Of a stretch of 64,000 nt of DNA, positions 1 through 13,800 are shown in pieces; position 1 is the first letter of the stretch; each line of letters begins with the position of its first letter. Made by a program: the position numbers and the translations under genes. This DNA is from Nemertoderma westbladi (lineage: Eukaryota; Animalia; Xenacoelomorpha). Location: NCBI GenBank assembly GCA_032718475.1, contig JAUCBJ010001223.1:78300-142299 (forward strand), read 5' to 3'. The notes beneath the pieces were generated by a model. It saw only the letters and a list, made by a program, of their open reading frames with translations, did no database searches and was not told the DNA's origin.

Positions 1-2445
1 TATTCCGCCTTTTATGATGACTTTAGTAAGATATGCAACAACAATTTAACGACTAAGGTCATATCTCATAAAAAAATTCCTCGAAAACCTTGGTTGTCGC
101 ATAACCTCATTCAGTCATCAATAAATAAAAATAAACTTTATCGAAAATATCTACTGCACCCAACAAATAGTAACTTCAAAAAATACAAAGATTATAGGAA
201 TACGTTTGTAAGCGCTATTCGTACTGCACAAAAAAATTATTATCACCAACAATTTCAAAACCACGGTCAAAATATGAAAAAAACCTGGTCTACAATAAAT
301 TCTGTACTGCACAGAGCTGATAGAGCAAGCTGCCCCAAGAAAATTATTATTAAGATAGATGGCCAAGCAGATATAGAAGTGAAGGAACTGGATCAGATTG
401 CTGAAGAGTTCAATAAACACTTTTCATCTATTGGCCCAAAACTAACAACTCAAATACAACCTGCTAGCAATTCTCGTCCACTACGTTATATCAAAAACTT
501 AAGCGCTAAGTCGTTTGTTTTACTAGAGACTTCTCCTGTTGAGGTTGAATATAATCTGCTTCACCTAACTGATTCCTTGGCGACTAATGATAAGGGGGTT
601 CCAATAAAATTAATAAAAATTGCAGCAAATCCAATCTCAATCCATTTAAGTTACCTTATAAACATATCCATAACAAAAGGCTTTTTTCCGGACCAATTAA
701 AACACGCGAAAGTTATTCCAGTATTCAAAAATGAAGATCCATTCAATGTTAATAATTATCGTCCAATCTCGCTTCTACCTATTTTTAGTAAAATTTATGA
801 ACGTATAATCAATGATCAGTTATTATCATACTTTGAGCAGCTTTCGTTATTAACTCCGAACCAATACGGATTTAGGAAAAAATCAACTACAACCCTGGGT
901 ATATTAAGTATAGTGGAGAAACTACGCTCAGCATTAGACTCCGGAGACACTGCATGTGTAGTTTACCTAGACCTCCAGAAGGCCTTTGATACGTTAGACC
1001 ATCCAATTCTCTTAAGAAAGCTAGAGGCTTACGGCGTCCGTGGCACTCCATTTAATTTAATTAAAGATTATTTAGCTAATCGAACTCAAGTAGTTTCGAT
1101 TAATAATATTCTTTCATCATCTCAACCACTAGTTTGTGGGGTGCCCCAGGGGTCGATTCTGGGTCCTCTACTTTTTCTAATTTTTATTAATGATCTTCCT
1201 AATGTATCTGATTTATTAACGACTATGTTTGCTGATGACACAAGTCTCCTCCACGTAGGTAATGAACCTTTAGCTGTGATCAATAGTGTAAACATCGAGT
1301 TCGATAAAATTGTAGATTGGCTCCATGATAATAAATTATCCCTAAATGTAAAAAAAACTGAATATTCTATATTTACTAATAAACGAGTTGACCTTAATTC
1401 CCTCCCTAAAGTGAAGCTAAAATGTGCGAGTTTGCTGAGATCTAATATTTCAAAATACTTAGGAATAAAAATAGATAGCAAATTATCTTGGAAATCACAC
1501 GTAACCTTTATACTAAAAAAAATTAGTAAAACATGTGGTATTTTTTATAAATTACGCCACATATTCCCCCTCCATATTCTTAGAACTTTATACTTCTCTT
1601 TAATTCACCCATATATCCAATACGGAATTACAGTTTGGGGAAGTACATATGAATCCGTAATAAAATTAAATAAATTAATAAAATAAATTAGCGCACCAGA
1701 TCCAACATCGTTTCGTCAAGCGTCCTCACTCCCCATTTACCAGTCACTTGATATTTTACCTGTTGACCAATTATATAAACATGAAGTAATCAAATTTATG
1801 TACGATATACATCATAAAAAGTGTTTCAATTCTCCGGAAATATATAATTTATTTACTAAAACATCTAAAGTCCACCATTACGGCACACGTTCAGTTACCA
1901 GCGATTCATTTTATGTACCTCCAATCAAACTAGTAGTAGCCATGCAATCAATACGTTACCAGGGACCTATACTCTGGAACTCAATAGGAACCGATTATCG
2001 AAATTCTAAAACAAAAAGGTCTTTTTCGTTAAAAGTAAAACGTAAATTACTTAATAATAATACTTAAATGATATATTTATTAGTAATTATTAACACATTG
2101 GTCTGTCTGGTGCTTTCTACTAAATTTAATTTGTCTAATTTATTGCATTATTGTTTTAGATTCATTGGCATCAATTATATATGTGTTGTGTTGATATGTT
2201 GCAGCTACGACTGAGTATACTAACAATTAATACCATTGTATAATAATGAAGTAATGACATGTAAATGACAAGACTAATCAGCCCCAGCGCCCCCCCCCCC
2301 CCCCCTCCCCACCAAACCCCCTCCCTAGGCTCCAACATTTACTAGCGTTGCTACTCGTTGGTGCCTCCCAGTTATATATTTTTTGTGATTAGTGCAATTT
2401 AAATATTCTTTATTATTGGGAAATATATATTTGATTTGATTTGAT
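1..2445 (+). mobile_element. CR1/L2-group LINE, copy 1 (5' part lies outside the window)
   Basis: RT motifs YRPISLL, QYGFR, YLDLQKAFD, GVPQGSILGP, FADDT; 3' UTR stem-loop (GGCTCCAAC..TAGCGTTGCTA..GTTGGTGCC, ~2328-2368); ends in a (TTTGA)n tail at 2445. Confidence 0.93.
94..2067 (+). pseudogene. LINE ORF2 RT and C-terminal part with one in-frame premature stop (TAA 1684-1686)
   Basis: ORF 94-1686 continues in the same frame (ISAPDPTS..KFMYDIH..) into ORF 1798-2067. Confidence 0.85.
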
Positions 2446-2804
2446 CAGGGTGACAAAATGTCCCCTCATTTATTCGCACTTTTCGTCGCTGATCTCCCCG
2501 CAGTCTCCTGTTACCAGTTTGTGATTCAGTTTAGTTAGTTACCCAGTTTCAGTGCAGACGGGTAATATTGTTTTACCATCAACAACATTGGCTGTATATT
2601 AATCTATTACCGGTATCAAGCAATATTGTCATCCGCCATCATATTAACTGTGCTATCATTATTATATTAGACCGCCAAGATACAACATTAACTCTGAACG
2701 CTTTTCTCCAACGGCCTCGGCCAAGCAATCAGTGACACCATCCCAGCCTGCGGTGACGCGTACAAAACAACCTACCCGGTCGGGATCCCTGATCCCGTCA
2801 CACT

Positions 2805-3280
2805 TCCTAATAGAGAAAACGGTTTTCAAAAATATTGGGAAGTTTTTTTTGAGTTATAGCTCCACTCTTTAACCATACTTTTGGCACTTTTTTGAGGCGT
2901 TTCTTGAAATTCATGAAAAATGATTTATTTATTTATTTATTTTGATTTATTTATAGTAACATTTCATGAAATATGATTAGTAACGTTTCTATTTTTTATT
3001 TACAACGGTTTTTTGGTGTTTGCAATTATATGAATTCTTATAAATTAATTTAGAAATTTCAAACTTGCTTTTTTCGGCGGGTGCCAAATTTTGGTGCCAG
3101 CACCAAGTTTTGAAATATGTCAATTTTGAAAATTGATTGTTTGAATCTGTTTTTTGCGCGATAGGATTTTTTAGGTTTCTTGTTTCAATGCAATATATAT
3201 GAGTTGCACCAGGTGTATCAAACTTGTATTTTTCGGTGTTGTGGGGAAAATTGGTGCAAGCACAAAATTTTAAAAAATCA
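2805..3280 (+). mobile_element. Internal fragment related to the piggyBac-like element at 15875-17429
   Basis: Shares TTTTCAAAA..ATATTGGG, ACTTTTGGCACTTTTTT and the ~120-bp CAAACTTG..GGTGCCAGCACCAA repeat unit with 16000-16420. Confidence 0.7.
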
Positions 3281-3929
3281 ACTAAATCATGTATAACTAC
3301 TTCGGCCTGCGGCCTCAGTAGTACGATTTATTTGCTTCAGGTTTTATTACCATATATCACCTTCTGGGACAGGCGATAATCTCTGTATATCATGAATCAA
3401 CAGTACTGTATATGAATCAATATCCTTCCTGCACACCATACGCGTTCACAATATTTACCTAAAAGTGGAAGTAGGTGTGCACGGTTATTATGTAGCAAAG
3501 TACAACATTAACAAGCAGTTAAAAAGCTTTGAAACAATTCACTATGCTGTACTGTGTTATTTGCCTACTACTGTTTTAAGTTGTGTTCCGCTACAATTAA
3601 CACTTAAATTCAGCAGCAAAAAATACTGTATATTCTAGAACGTTTTATTATTTTCTAAACAACTATAACTAAAATTAATTATTTGGAAATAATACAACTT
3701 GGTATTTTTGTCGTGTTTAAAGAAATTTTTAAAAAATGTAATAATGTACTGATGGTACCTGAACGTGAATACATTATTCTACGGTGTATACTGTATCAAA
3801 AGTAAATGATCTGCATCATTTTGATACCAAATTTAGCCATTTATGATATTTTCTTCCAGGTGAAGAGCTAATTCGCACAGATTATAAGTTGAACCAGTTA
3901 TATAAGATTATAAGTATTTTCTACCAGCA

Positions 3930-5228
3930 TGCCGTCCGAGCCATTATCCAGGAACGCAAGCATGGTGAGAGATTTATTGACACCCTGCACCCGGATGGGG
4001 ATTTGCTTTGGTGAAGACTGCATATCTCCTATGGACCAAGTTTATCACATTGGAAACATTCATAGTGTCCCTTCTGGCCTGGCTGGGAACCTGGCTTTGG
4101 AACTATAAATTTCATCTTACCTTTTCTTCATCGCTGAATTATAGGAGGGTTTCCCAGTTTTTATATTATGGGTGTCCCTTGCCTGATGCATTTCTCCTCA
4201 AATGGTAGCGTTGAAATGTCGAAAGTACCAGGGATGTGTAGCATCATGTGGTGGTGATTGTCACTACATATTGCACAGCACGATTGTTTTTACATTCCCG
4301 CATGTAATGTCCAGTTCCTAGGCACTTGAAACATTCTTGGTGCTTCATTACTGTTTCGAAGCGGGGCACCAACTCCGCGTATTTGAAATTTTGGCAGAAT
4401 TCGACTGAGTGATTGTCTCCACAGAATATGCAAGTAGGGACTCGTGGATTCCCTCTCATTTGGGCGCCCAATTGGCGAAGAATGGTGCCCATTCTTCAGG
4501 CATCTCTGATTCATCCTCGTCCTCCTCATGATCTTCGGATCCGTAGATGGCCATGGTACTACTGGGCTCATGGAACCTGGGTTTGAGGGTGGGAATTCAT
4601 GCAGTAGTCTGCCCCCCATCCAACTTTGCTAGACTTTGTTAAGAATAGAGAGTCGTTCATGGCCTCGGAAACATTGTCGAGGAATCTCAACATCTCGAGA
4701 TAACTCAGATCGCTATCCAGATGACTTCTATGTAAATCAAAACATATGTATGCCAATTTGGTCTGCAACCATGCGTTTTACTTGGTCCTCTTTCCTCAGA
4801 GGTTTTAGGCTGTAATATGCCTCCTTCATGGAGTCCGGACAATTGCGACCCGGACAATTGTGACCCGGTCAATTGCGACCCATGTTTTTAAATAAAAATT
4901 TTGGGTCGCAATTGTCCGGGTCTCAATTGTCCGGGTCGCAATTGTCAATGATATACAATTATACAATGATATTTATCAATGATATACATTACATTTTTTT
5001 ATCTGGTTTCGGATAATTGCGACCCGGACAATTGCGACCCGGACAATTGCAACCCGGACAATTGTCCAGGTCGCAATTGTCCTAACATCCTCCTTCATTG
5101 AGTTAGAGAACTCCAGGATGTTTTGAGAATCACCCAGCAAACCTGCATCATGGACCAGTCTTGCAAGTGTTTTATTAACCTCCTCCTTTTTATTAATCTC
5201 TCTCATTAACGGATTAGCCTCCTTGGTT
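3930..5228 (-). pseudogene. Degenerate BEL/Pao-type gag remnant
   Basis: Minus-strand ORF 4244-4492 has zinc knuckles CIFCGDNHSVEFC and CFKCLGTGHYMREC; fragmented and interrupted by foldback insertions. Confidence 0.65.
4830..5090. mobile_element. Small foldback/MITE built of inverted 15-bp CCGGACAATTGCGAC repeats
   Basis: GGA..TCC termini; TSD TCCTTCAT at 4822-4829 and 5091-5098. Confidence 0.85.
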
Positions 5229-7759
5229 GGTAATGGTGAAAAATATCAAGACTTGAAAAATATAGAGAGTAAAAATAACGAGAGTAAAAATATCGAGAGT
5301 AAAAATATCGAGAGTAAAAATAACGAGTGTTGAAAATTAACGTGATTAAAAAATATCGAGAGTAAAAATAAGGCGAGATGAAAAATATCGAAAATAACTA
5401 GTGTTGGAAAATATCGAGAGTAAAAATATCGAATTTTGAAATATATCGAGAGTAAAAATATCGAGTGTTGAAAAATATCGAGAGTAAAAATATCGAGTGT
5501 TGAAAAATATCGAGAGTAAAAATATCGAGTGTTGAAAAATATCGAGAGTAAAAATATCGAGTGTTGAAAAATATCGAGAGTAAAAATATCGAGTGTTGAA
5601 AAATATCGAGAGTAAAAATATCGAGTGTTGAAAAATATCGAGAGTAAAAATATCGAGTGTTGAAAAATATCGAGTGTTGAAAAATATCGAGAGTAAAAAT
5701 ATCGAGAGTAAAAATATCGAGTGTTGAAAAATATCGAGAGTAAAAATATCGAGTTTTGAAAAATATCGAGAGTAAAAATAACGAGTGTTGAAAATATCGA
5801 GTGTTGAAAAATATCGAGAGTAAAAATATCGAGTGTTGAAAAATATCGAGTGTTGAAAAATATCGAGTGTTGAAAAATATCGAGAGTAAAAGTATTGCAT
5901 TTTGCTTGAGCATTTTATTTAGAATTATGGAACAATATTGCAGTGCATGGGTTACAACAGTGCAAGTGCAAGTGAATGGCATTATGTAATACACCTTGGG
6001 TACCCATTTACCAGATTTATTATACTAGCTAGTTTTTGCTATTTTTTTAATAAATATTATAAAAGAAGTGCTAGCTATAAATTTTTATAAATATTATAAA
6101 TATTGTTAAATATTATATTAGAACACGTATAAGCTACCAAATGTTGATAAATATTGTTTTTCTAGAACATTTTTAGTAAAAAAAATTATCATACAACCCT
6201 TATTTAAACAAATTGTTACTCTCGATATTTTTACTCTCGATATTTTTCAACATTCTATATTTTTTTCAACACTCGATATTTTTCAACACTCGATATTTTT
6301 CAACACTCGATATTTTTCAACACTCGATATTTTTCAACACTCGATATTTTTCAACACTCGATATTTTTCAACACTCGATATTTTTCAACACTCGATATTT
6401 TTCAACACTCGATATTTTTCAACACTCGATATTTTTCAACACTCGATATTTTTCAACACTCGATATTTTTCAACACTCGATATTTTTCAACACTCTCTCG
6501 ATATTTTTCAACACTCGATATTTTTCAACACTCGATATTTTTACTCTCGATATTTTTCAACACTCGATATTTTTCAACACTCGATATTTTTCAACACTCG
6601 ATATTTTTACTCTCGATATTTTTCAACACTCGATATTTTTACTCTCGATATTTTTCAACACTCGATATTTTTACTCTCGATATTTTTCAACACTCGATAT
6701 TTTTACTCTCGATATTTTTCAACACTCGATATTTTTACTCTCGATATTTTTCAATACTCGTTATTTTTACTCTCGATATTTTTCAACACTCGATATTTTT
6801 ACTCTCGATATTTTTCAACACTCGATATTTTTACTCTCGATATTTTTCAACACTCGATATTTTTACTCTCGATATTTTTCAACACTCAATATTTTTACTC
6901 TCGATATTTTTCAACACTCGATATTTTTCTCTCGATATTTTTCAACACTCGATATTTTTACTCTCGATATTTTTCAACACTCGATATTTTTACTCTCGAT
7001 ATTTTTCAACACTCGATATTTTTACTCTCGCTATTTTTCAACACTCGATATTTTTACTCTCGATATTTTTCAACACTCGATATTTTTACTCTCGATATTT
7101 TTCAACACTCGATATTTTTACTCTCGATATTTTTCAACACTCGATATTTTTACTCTCGATATTTTTCAACACTCGATATTTTTACTCTCGATATTTTTCA
7201 ACACTCGATATTTTTACTCTCGATATTTTTCAATACTCGATATTTTTACTCTCGATATTTTTCAACACTCGATATTTTTACTCTCGATATTTTTCAACAC
7301 TCGATATTTTTACTCTCGATATTTTTCAACACTCGATATTTTACTCTCGATATTTTTCAACACTCGATATTTGTACTCTCGCTATTTTTCAACACTCGAT
7401 ATTTTTACTCTCGATATTTTTCAACACTCGATATTTTTACTCTTGATATTTTTCAACACTCGATATTTTTACTCTCGATATTTTTCAACACTCGATATTT
7501 TTACCATCGATATTTTTCAACACTCGATATTTTTACTCTCGATATTTTTCAACACTTGATATTTTTACTCTCGATATTTTTACTCTCGATATTTTTCAAC
7601 ACTCGGTATTTTTACTCTCGATATTTTTACCCTCGATATTTTTACTCTCGATATTTTTTGAATTCTCGATATTATCGTTATTTTTCAACACTCGATGTTT
7701 TTACTCGCGTTATTTTTACTCTCGATATTTTTCATGTCTCGATATTTTTCAATATAACC
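5229..7759. mobile_element. Foldback-type DNA element with inverted tandem-repeat arms (15/17-bp units GAGAGTAAAAATATC and GAGTGTTGAAAAATATC)
   Basis: Array ~5240-5890 and reverse-complement array ~6216-7750; termini GGTAATGGTGAAAAATATC and GATATTTTTCAATATAACC; flanks CCTTGGTT / TCTTGGTT (7/8 match TSD). Confidence 0.85.
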
Positions 7760-8079
7760 TCTTGGTTTATCACCGAGATATTGTGAGACATAAACAAGCT
7801 TTTATTTATTATTTTAATATTAGTTTAATACCTAATAATTTTTGTATTTTATTTAGGACTATTTGCTTAATTTTCTTGATACTTTTTTTGTAATTACTTA
7901 TATATATACATTCCATTGATGCATTTAAACTGTCATGTTCTAGTGGCCTGGTGGGGGATTAATACTCGTTAACAATTTAAATCCGATAATTAATTTGAAT
8001 ATTCTTGTTGATTACCTATTATTTTTATTTTTAACACTAACCTTTAACTCTTTAACCACTTTATACACAGCTGATATTG

Positions 8080-8435
8080 GAATTCAACTTGGACAACTTG
8101 GAATTCAACACTCTCCTGATTGGCTGTCTGATAAAAAAATTTCTCTAAATATAACTAAAACCGAATTTACTATAATTTCTAACAAACGTTTTAATCCCCC
8201 AGATCACCAAATCCGGATAAATAACTCCCCTATTACGTTCAAAAACTCAACCAAATTTATAGGCATTTCCGTTGACAACAATCTCTCCTGGAAACTGCAC
8301 ATAATTAAGAAAATCTCAAAAACTGGTGGTTTATTTTACAAAACTAAGATATATTTTTATGGTCTTGGCTTTACAAGCCACGCTATTGCCGGGGCCGTTA
8401 TATGTACAGTACTATATATTCTCTATCTATCTAAT
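8080..8435 (+). mobile_element. Deleted 3' remnant of another CR1/L2-group LINE
   Basis: WLSDKKISLNITKTEF..KFIGISVDNNLSWKLH; 3' stem-loop GGTCTTGGC..GCCGGGGCC at ~8361-8396; short (TATC)n tail. Confidence 0.7.
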
Positions 8436-8559
8436 TGTACATTGTGCATTTCAAGCTTCCTGACATCACATCAACTCCTGCTGACGACCTGTCATACTCA
8501 AATGCAAACCAAGCACAGATCGGATACAGCAGGTTACGAGTGAAGATTGGAAATCGCAT

Positions 8560-9210
8560 TTCGGTGGTCTGCTTGGGAGTGAAAAAATACCGAGCTTCCC
8601 AGTCATTGAAGACATTGTTGTCGAGGACATGGATGCTGAAATCTCGGCCACTGAAATAACCAGCAATATTTCGAAATCAGCCAATGGCAAGGCAGCTGGC
8701 GGCCCTGATGGCATAACCAACGAGTGTCTCAAACAGGGGTATGGAATATTTAATGTCTTCCTAGTCGCCTTGTTGTCGTTCTGTTTCAACAACGCTATCA
8801 TTCCGACTCAGTGGTCAACTAGTTATTTAATTTCCCTATATAATGGGAAGGGTAGCCTAAGACTACCAGGTTCATATCGCGGTATCACTCTAATGAGCTT
8901 TTCTTCTAAAAACATACACAGCCATACTAGATTCACGTCTCTACTCGTGGGCTGAGCGTAGTTTGATATTTCCAGCTGAACAATTTGGGTTCATAGTAGA
9001 AACTTCAACAATCAAAGCTACAAAAATCCTGTACAGCAAATCTCCAGTTCTTTGGGTGAACCAAAGGGTCACAAGTATTGTGTCTTTGTAGACTTTGAAA
9101 AAGCGTTTGACAAAGTGAACTGAGTCAAGCTTATAATTAAACTTCACAAACTTGGTGTCAGCACTACGTTCCTGAAAGCTCTTTGGGCTATTATTTGTGT
9201 AAATTGTATC
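8560..9210 (+). pseudogene. Older LINE (RTEX-like?), N-terminal half of RT, interrupted by the CR1/L2 copy
   Basis: KAAGGPDGITNE, SYRGITL, EQFGF and FVDFEKAFDKV across frameshifts. Confidence 0.8.
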
Positions 9211-9435
9211 TTGGTTGTCATTTGGTTCACTTGTTACTTCTCCTATTACCCAGACAGACAATTGGTTTCCTGACAATTTGGAAACCCCGATCATTGACAA
9301 TTGGAACGGATTTTCCTGCTGGCTGGTGGTTGGTAAATGTTGTGATGTAATACGGTACCGGTTTCAGATTAGGCCTAACTCTATAGTCTTCAGTTGTAAT
9401 AAATGGATTGACTGCAGACAACTGGAAACTGAGTA

Positions 9436-10363
9436 ATGTCGTTGTCGGCCGGCGATCCTTCGCTGGGCGACATACTTACACATATTAAATCTCTGCAGAG
9501 AGAAAGTCGTGATAATTTTAAAGAGATCAAAGATGACATTAGGAAACTAAATACGGGAACAGATTCTTTAACGACTAGGGTTGATGAACACCAAGATTTC
9601 CTAACAGCTGTTTTTCTCGAAAATGACCGTGAACGTCAGTATCACCGACAGTATAATACACTAATTCACGGTGTAGTTAAACAACCTGGGGAACTCGTGC
9701 ATAATTGTTATGATGGAATTCAGAATATTCTCGTTTCCCTCAACATTGCTAATGATAGCGTTGACTCCTGTCATCGCTTGGGGAAGTTTTCTAAAAAATC
9801 TGAGGCGAAACCGCCTCCGATTGTTCTAAAGTTTAAGGGACAAGTGGCGCGAAACAACATTTTTCAAAACCTGGATAAACTTCCAACTGGCGTATCACTT
9901 CTCCGACCATTTAACCCCATTTAGAGCTCGACTTCTTAAGTTCTGTCGGTTTCTTGTGCAAAGGGAATGTTTCAATAAGGTCGTTGTTCGTAACGGACAA
10001 ATTCGATTGCGAATCTCATCTGACTCCAATTCTTACCACAATATCTACACTTACGAGGATGTCAGGGTTCTGCTCGGTAATCGTAAACCTCCCAACGTGA
10101 CGATTCCTAATACTTACGAAGAAATTCTTTCTTTCTTGAGTCTCGATCGGTCAACTGTTGCAGCCAACTCCTTGACCAACGGAGCCGGCGCTCAACTGGA
10201 TCTGGACGAATTCACGGTCCAGGATAATACAAAGAAAAGAAAGAAGAAGAAACCCAGAGCAACTCCGGGAACTGAAACTCGAGCGATGAATCTTCGTTCG
10301 GGATCTCTTCCTAACTCTCCTCCAAACTCAAACAACTACTTGTTACTATCTGACGGTGAATAA
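9436..10363 (+). pseudogene. LINE ORF1 (coiled coil plus RRM/CTD type), one frameshift near 9900
   Basis: N-terminal heptads, NTLIHGV, CHRLGK, PPPIVLKF; the shifted frame gives SDHLTPFRARLL and joins ORF 9956-10363. Confidence 0.8.
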
Positions 10364-10829
10364 TAAACCAGTAAGTTGTTTTTTCTGAATTACTCTGAGA
10401 TATACTGTACATTAGTGCCATTTCCTAATGGCTGTATTAAGCCTAGTAATTATTTTGTTTTAAACCAGAAGCTGTCCTGTAGGCCTATGTCTAGTCGTAA
10501 ATTACTTGGTTTTTTAAACAAGTTTGTAGTTTCTATATAACTTTGGAAGTTTATAAATTGTTCCAACTTAATGTTGATTCTTAAGTAACTCGAAAGTATT
10601 TCTTTTTATGTAAGTACGTTGTCGTTTGTTTACAAACTAAATTTAAATTGTGTTATTTGATTATAACTGTTAGTCATTCTATCTATTTGTGCTTTATTTA
10701 GAGGTCAATTCTGGCCCTGTACCTTTGATTTATTTCAAGCGTTAGTTAAGTTATATTAAGTTACTATCAGTATCGGTAGTATATATATAACCCTCCACTA
10801 CCCCCCCCCCCCCCCCCCCCCCCCTACCG

Positions 10830-13800
10830 ATGGCCCATCTGGACTCCCCGTCTTGTCATTTATGCTTCACTATTTTTAATAAAAATGATATATATTTTCG
10901 CTGTGCGGTGTGTAGTTGTAATTACCACTTTCAGTGTGGCTCTAATCTCTCACTTTCAGATTTTAAATTGTCCCTACAATATCTGCCACCATACTGTATC
11001 CATTGTTCGGCCTCCATATTTCCCTTTTCAAATATCGACAATGATGATCTCGACATTTTTCAGGAAGATCTAAGCCCTGACGAAATTAATTCTGCTTCTG
11101 AGGAGACCAGCCCAAATAATATTTTTAAGGACATTGACCCCGACTCTAACTTAGCTGTGAACTTAAATGGTGGTGGGTATTTTACTGAGGAACAATTTAA
11201 CGCTAAATTTAATCCCACTTTAGACACATTTTCTGTCCTTAGCTTAAATTGTGCTAGTCTACGTAAAAATTTCACTGATCTAACAGTTTTCCTTGAGTCG
11301 CTCAAAATTAAATTAGATGTATTGACATTTAGTGAAACGTTTTTCTCAGAGAACGACGAACTAGGTTTATATAAAATCGACGGCTACTCTTCTCCTATAG
11401 TTGACTTCAGAGGTTATGGCAAAAAGAACCGCGGCGGGACAGCTGTGTATGTTAACGAAGATTGTAAATGGAAATTCCGCCCTGATTTAAAAATGAGCGA
11501 AGTGGAGAATTGTTGGGTCGAAGTGTACCGTTGTGATTCAAATAAGAAAGTAATTATAGGTTGTATTTATCGCCCTGAAACTATTACTGTCCCTAAATTT
11601 AATCACTTATTAGAATCTCAATTACAATTCTTAAATAATTCTAGAACAGATGTAATAGTTTGTGGCGATATTAATATAGACGTAAACAAAAGTACTCCTA
11701 TATCATTCAATTACTCTCAAATACTAAGTGCAAACGGATTTAACCAAACTATAAAAGTACCAACTAGAATTACGGCTCACTCCAAAACAACAATTGATCA
11801 TATAAGTACCAATATTACCTCTTCGATCTGTTATTCTGGTGTCTTTTCGGCCAAAGTCGGCAATTCTGATCACCTACCTACATTCATGGTTCTAAATAAC
11901 TACAATACTTATTTCAACAATAGTCGAGAACATATGACTGTTTTTGATTACTCAAAATTTGATCGTAATCTCTTTTTTGCCGACTGTATCCTACCCTCCA
12001 GCTGGTCGTATAAAGCGGATTCAATCCCACTAAAAGATAAATATTCCGCCTTTTATGATGACTTTAGTAAGATATGCAACAACAATTTAACGACTAAGGT
12101 CATATCTCATAAAAAAATTCCTCGAAAACCTTGGTTGTCGCATAACCTCATTCAGTCATCAATAAATAAAAATAAACTTTATCGAAAATATCTACTGCAC
12201 CCAACAAATAGTAACTTCAAAAAATACAAAGATTATAGGAATACGTTTGTAAGCGCTATTCGTACTGCACAAAAAAATTATTATCACCAACAATTTCAAA
12301 ACCACGGTCAAAATATGAAAAAAACCTGGTCTACAATAAATTCTGTACTGCACAGAGCTGATAGAGCAAGCTGCCCCAAGAAAATTATTATTAAGATAGA
12401 TGGCCAAGCAGATATAGAAGTGAAGGAACTGGATCAGATTGCTGAAGAGTTCAATAAACACTTTTCATCTATTGGCCCAAAACTAACAACTCAAATACAA
12501 CCTGCTAGCAATTCTCGTCCACTACGTTATATCAAAAACTTAAGCGCTAAGTCGTTTGTTTTACTAGAGACTTCTCCTGTTGAGGTTGAATATAATCTGC
12601 TTCACCTAACTGATTCCTTGGCGACTAATGATAAGGGGGTTCCAATAAAATTAATAAAAATTGCAGCAAATCCAATCTCAATCCATTTAAGTTACCTTAT
12701 AAACATATCCATAACAAAAGGCTTTTTTCCGGACCAATTAAAACACGCGAAAGTTATTCCAGTATTCAAAAATGAAGATCCATTCAATGTTAATAATTAT
12801 CGTCCAATCTCGCTTCTACCTATTTTTAGTAAAATTTATGAACGTATAATCAATGATCAGTTATTATCATACTTTGAGCAGCTTTCGTTATTAACTCCGA
12901 ACCAATACGGATTTAGGAAAAAATCAACTACAACCCTGGGTATATTAAGTATAGTGGAGAAACTACGCTCAGCATTAGACTCCGGAGACACTGCATGTGT
13001 AGTTTACCTAGACCTCCAGAAGGCCTTTGATACGTTAGACCATCCAATTCTCTTAAGAAAGCTAGAGGCTTACGGCGTCCGTGGCACTCCATTTAATTTA
13101 ATTAAAGATTATTTAGCTAATCGAACTCAAGTAGTTTCGATTAATAATATTCTTTCATCATCTCAACCACTAGTTTGTGGGGTGCCCCAGGGGTCGATTC
13201 TGGGTCCTCTACTTTTTCTAATTTTTATTAATGATCTTCCTAATGTATCTGATTTATTAACGACTATGTTTGCTGATGACACAAGTCTCCTCCACGTAGG
13301 TAATGAACCTTTAGCTGTGATCAATAGTGTAAACATCGAGTTCGATAAAATTGTAGATTGGCTCCATGATAATAAATTATCCCTAAATGTAAAAAAAACT
13401 GAATATTCTATATTTACTAATAAACGAGTTGACCTTAATTCCCTCCCTAAAGTGAAGCTAAAATGTGCGAGTTTGCTGAGATCTAATATTTCAAAATACT
13501 TAGGAATAAAAATAGATAGCAAATTATCTTGGAAATCACACGTAACCTTTATACTAAAAAAAATTAGTAAAACATGTGGTATTTTTTATAAATTACGCCA
13601 CATATTCCCCCTCCATATTCTTAGAACTTTATACTTCTCTTTAATTCACCCATATATCCAATACGGAATTACAGTTTGGGGAAGTACATATGAATCCGTA
13701 ATAAAATTAAATAAATTAATAAAATAAATTAGCGCACCAGATCCAACATCGTTTCGTCAAGCGTCCTCACTCCCCATTTACCAGTCACTTGATATTTTAC

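Noticed and set aside
5346-7786. Long ORFs (184, 198, 448 aa) with repeating STLDIF/NTRYF peptides
   Set aside because: They are translations of the 15/17-bp tandem arrays, which lack stops by chance.
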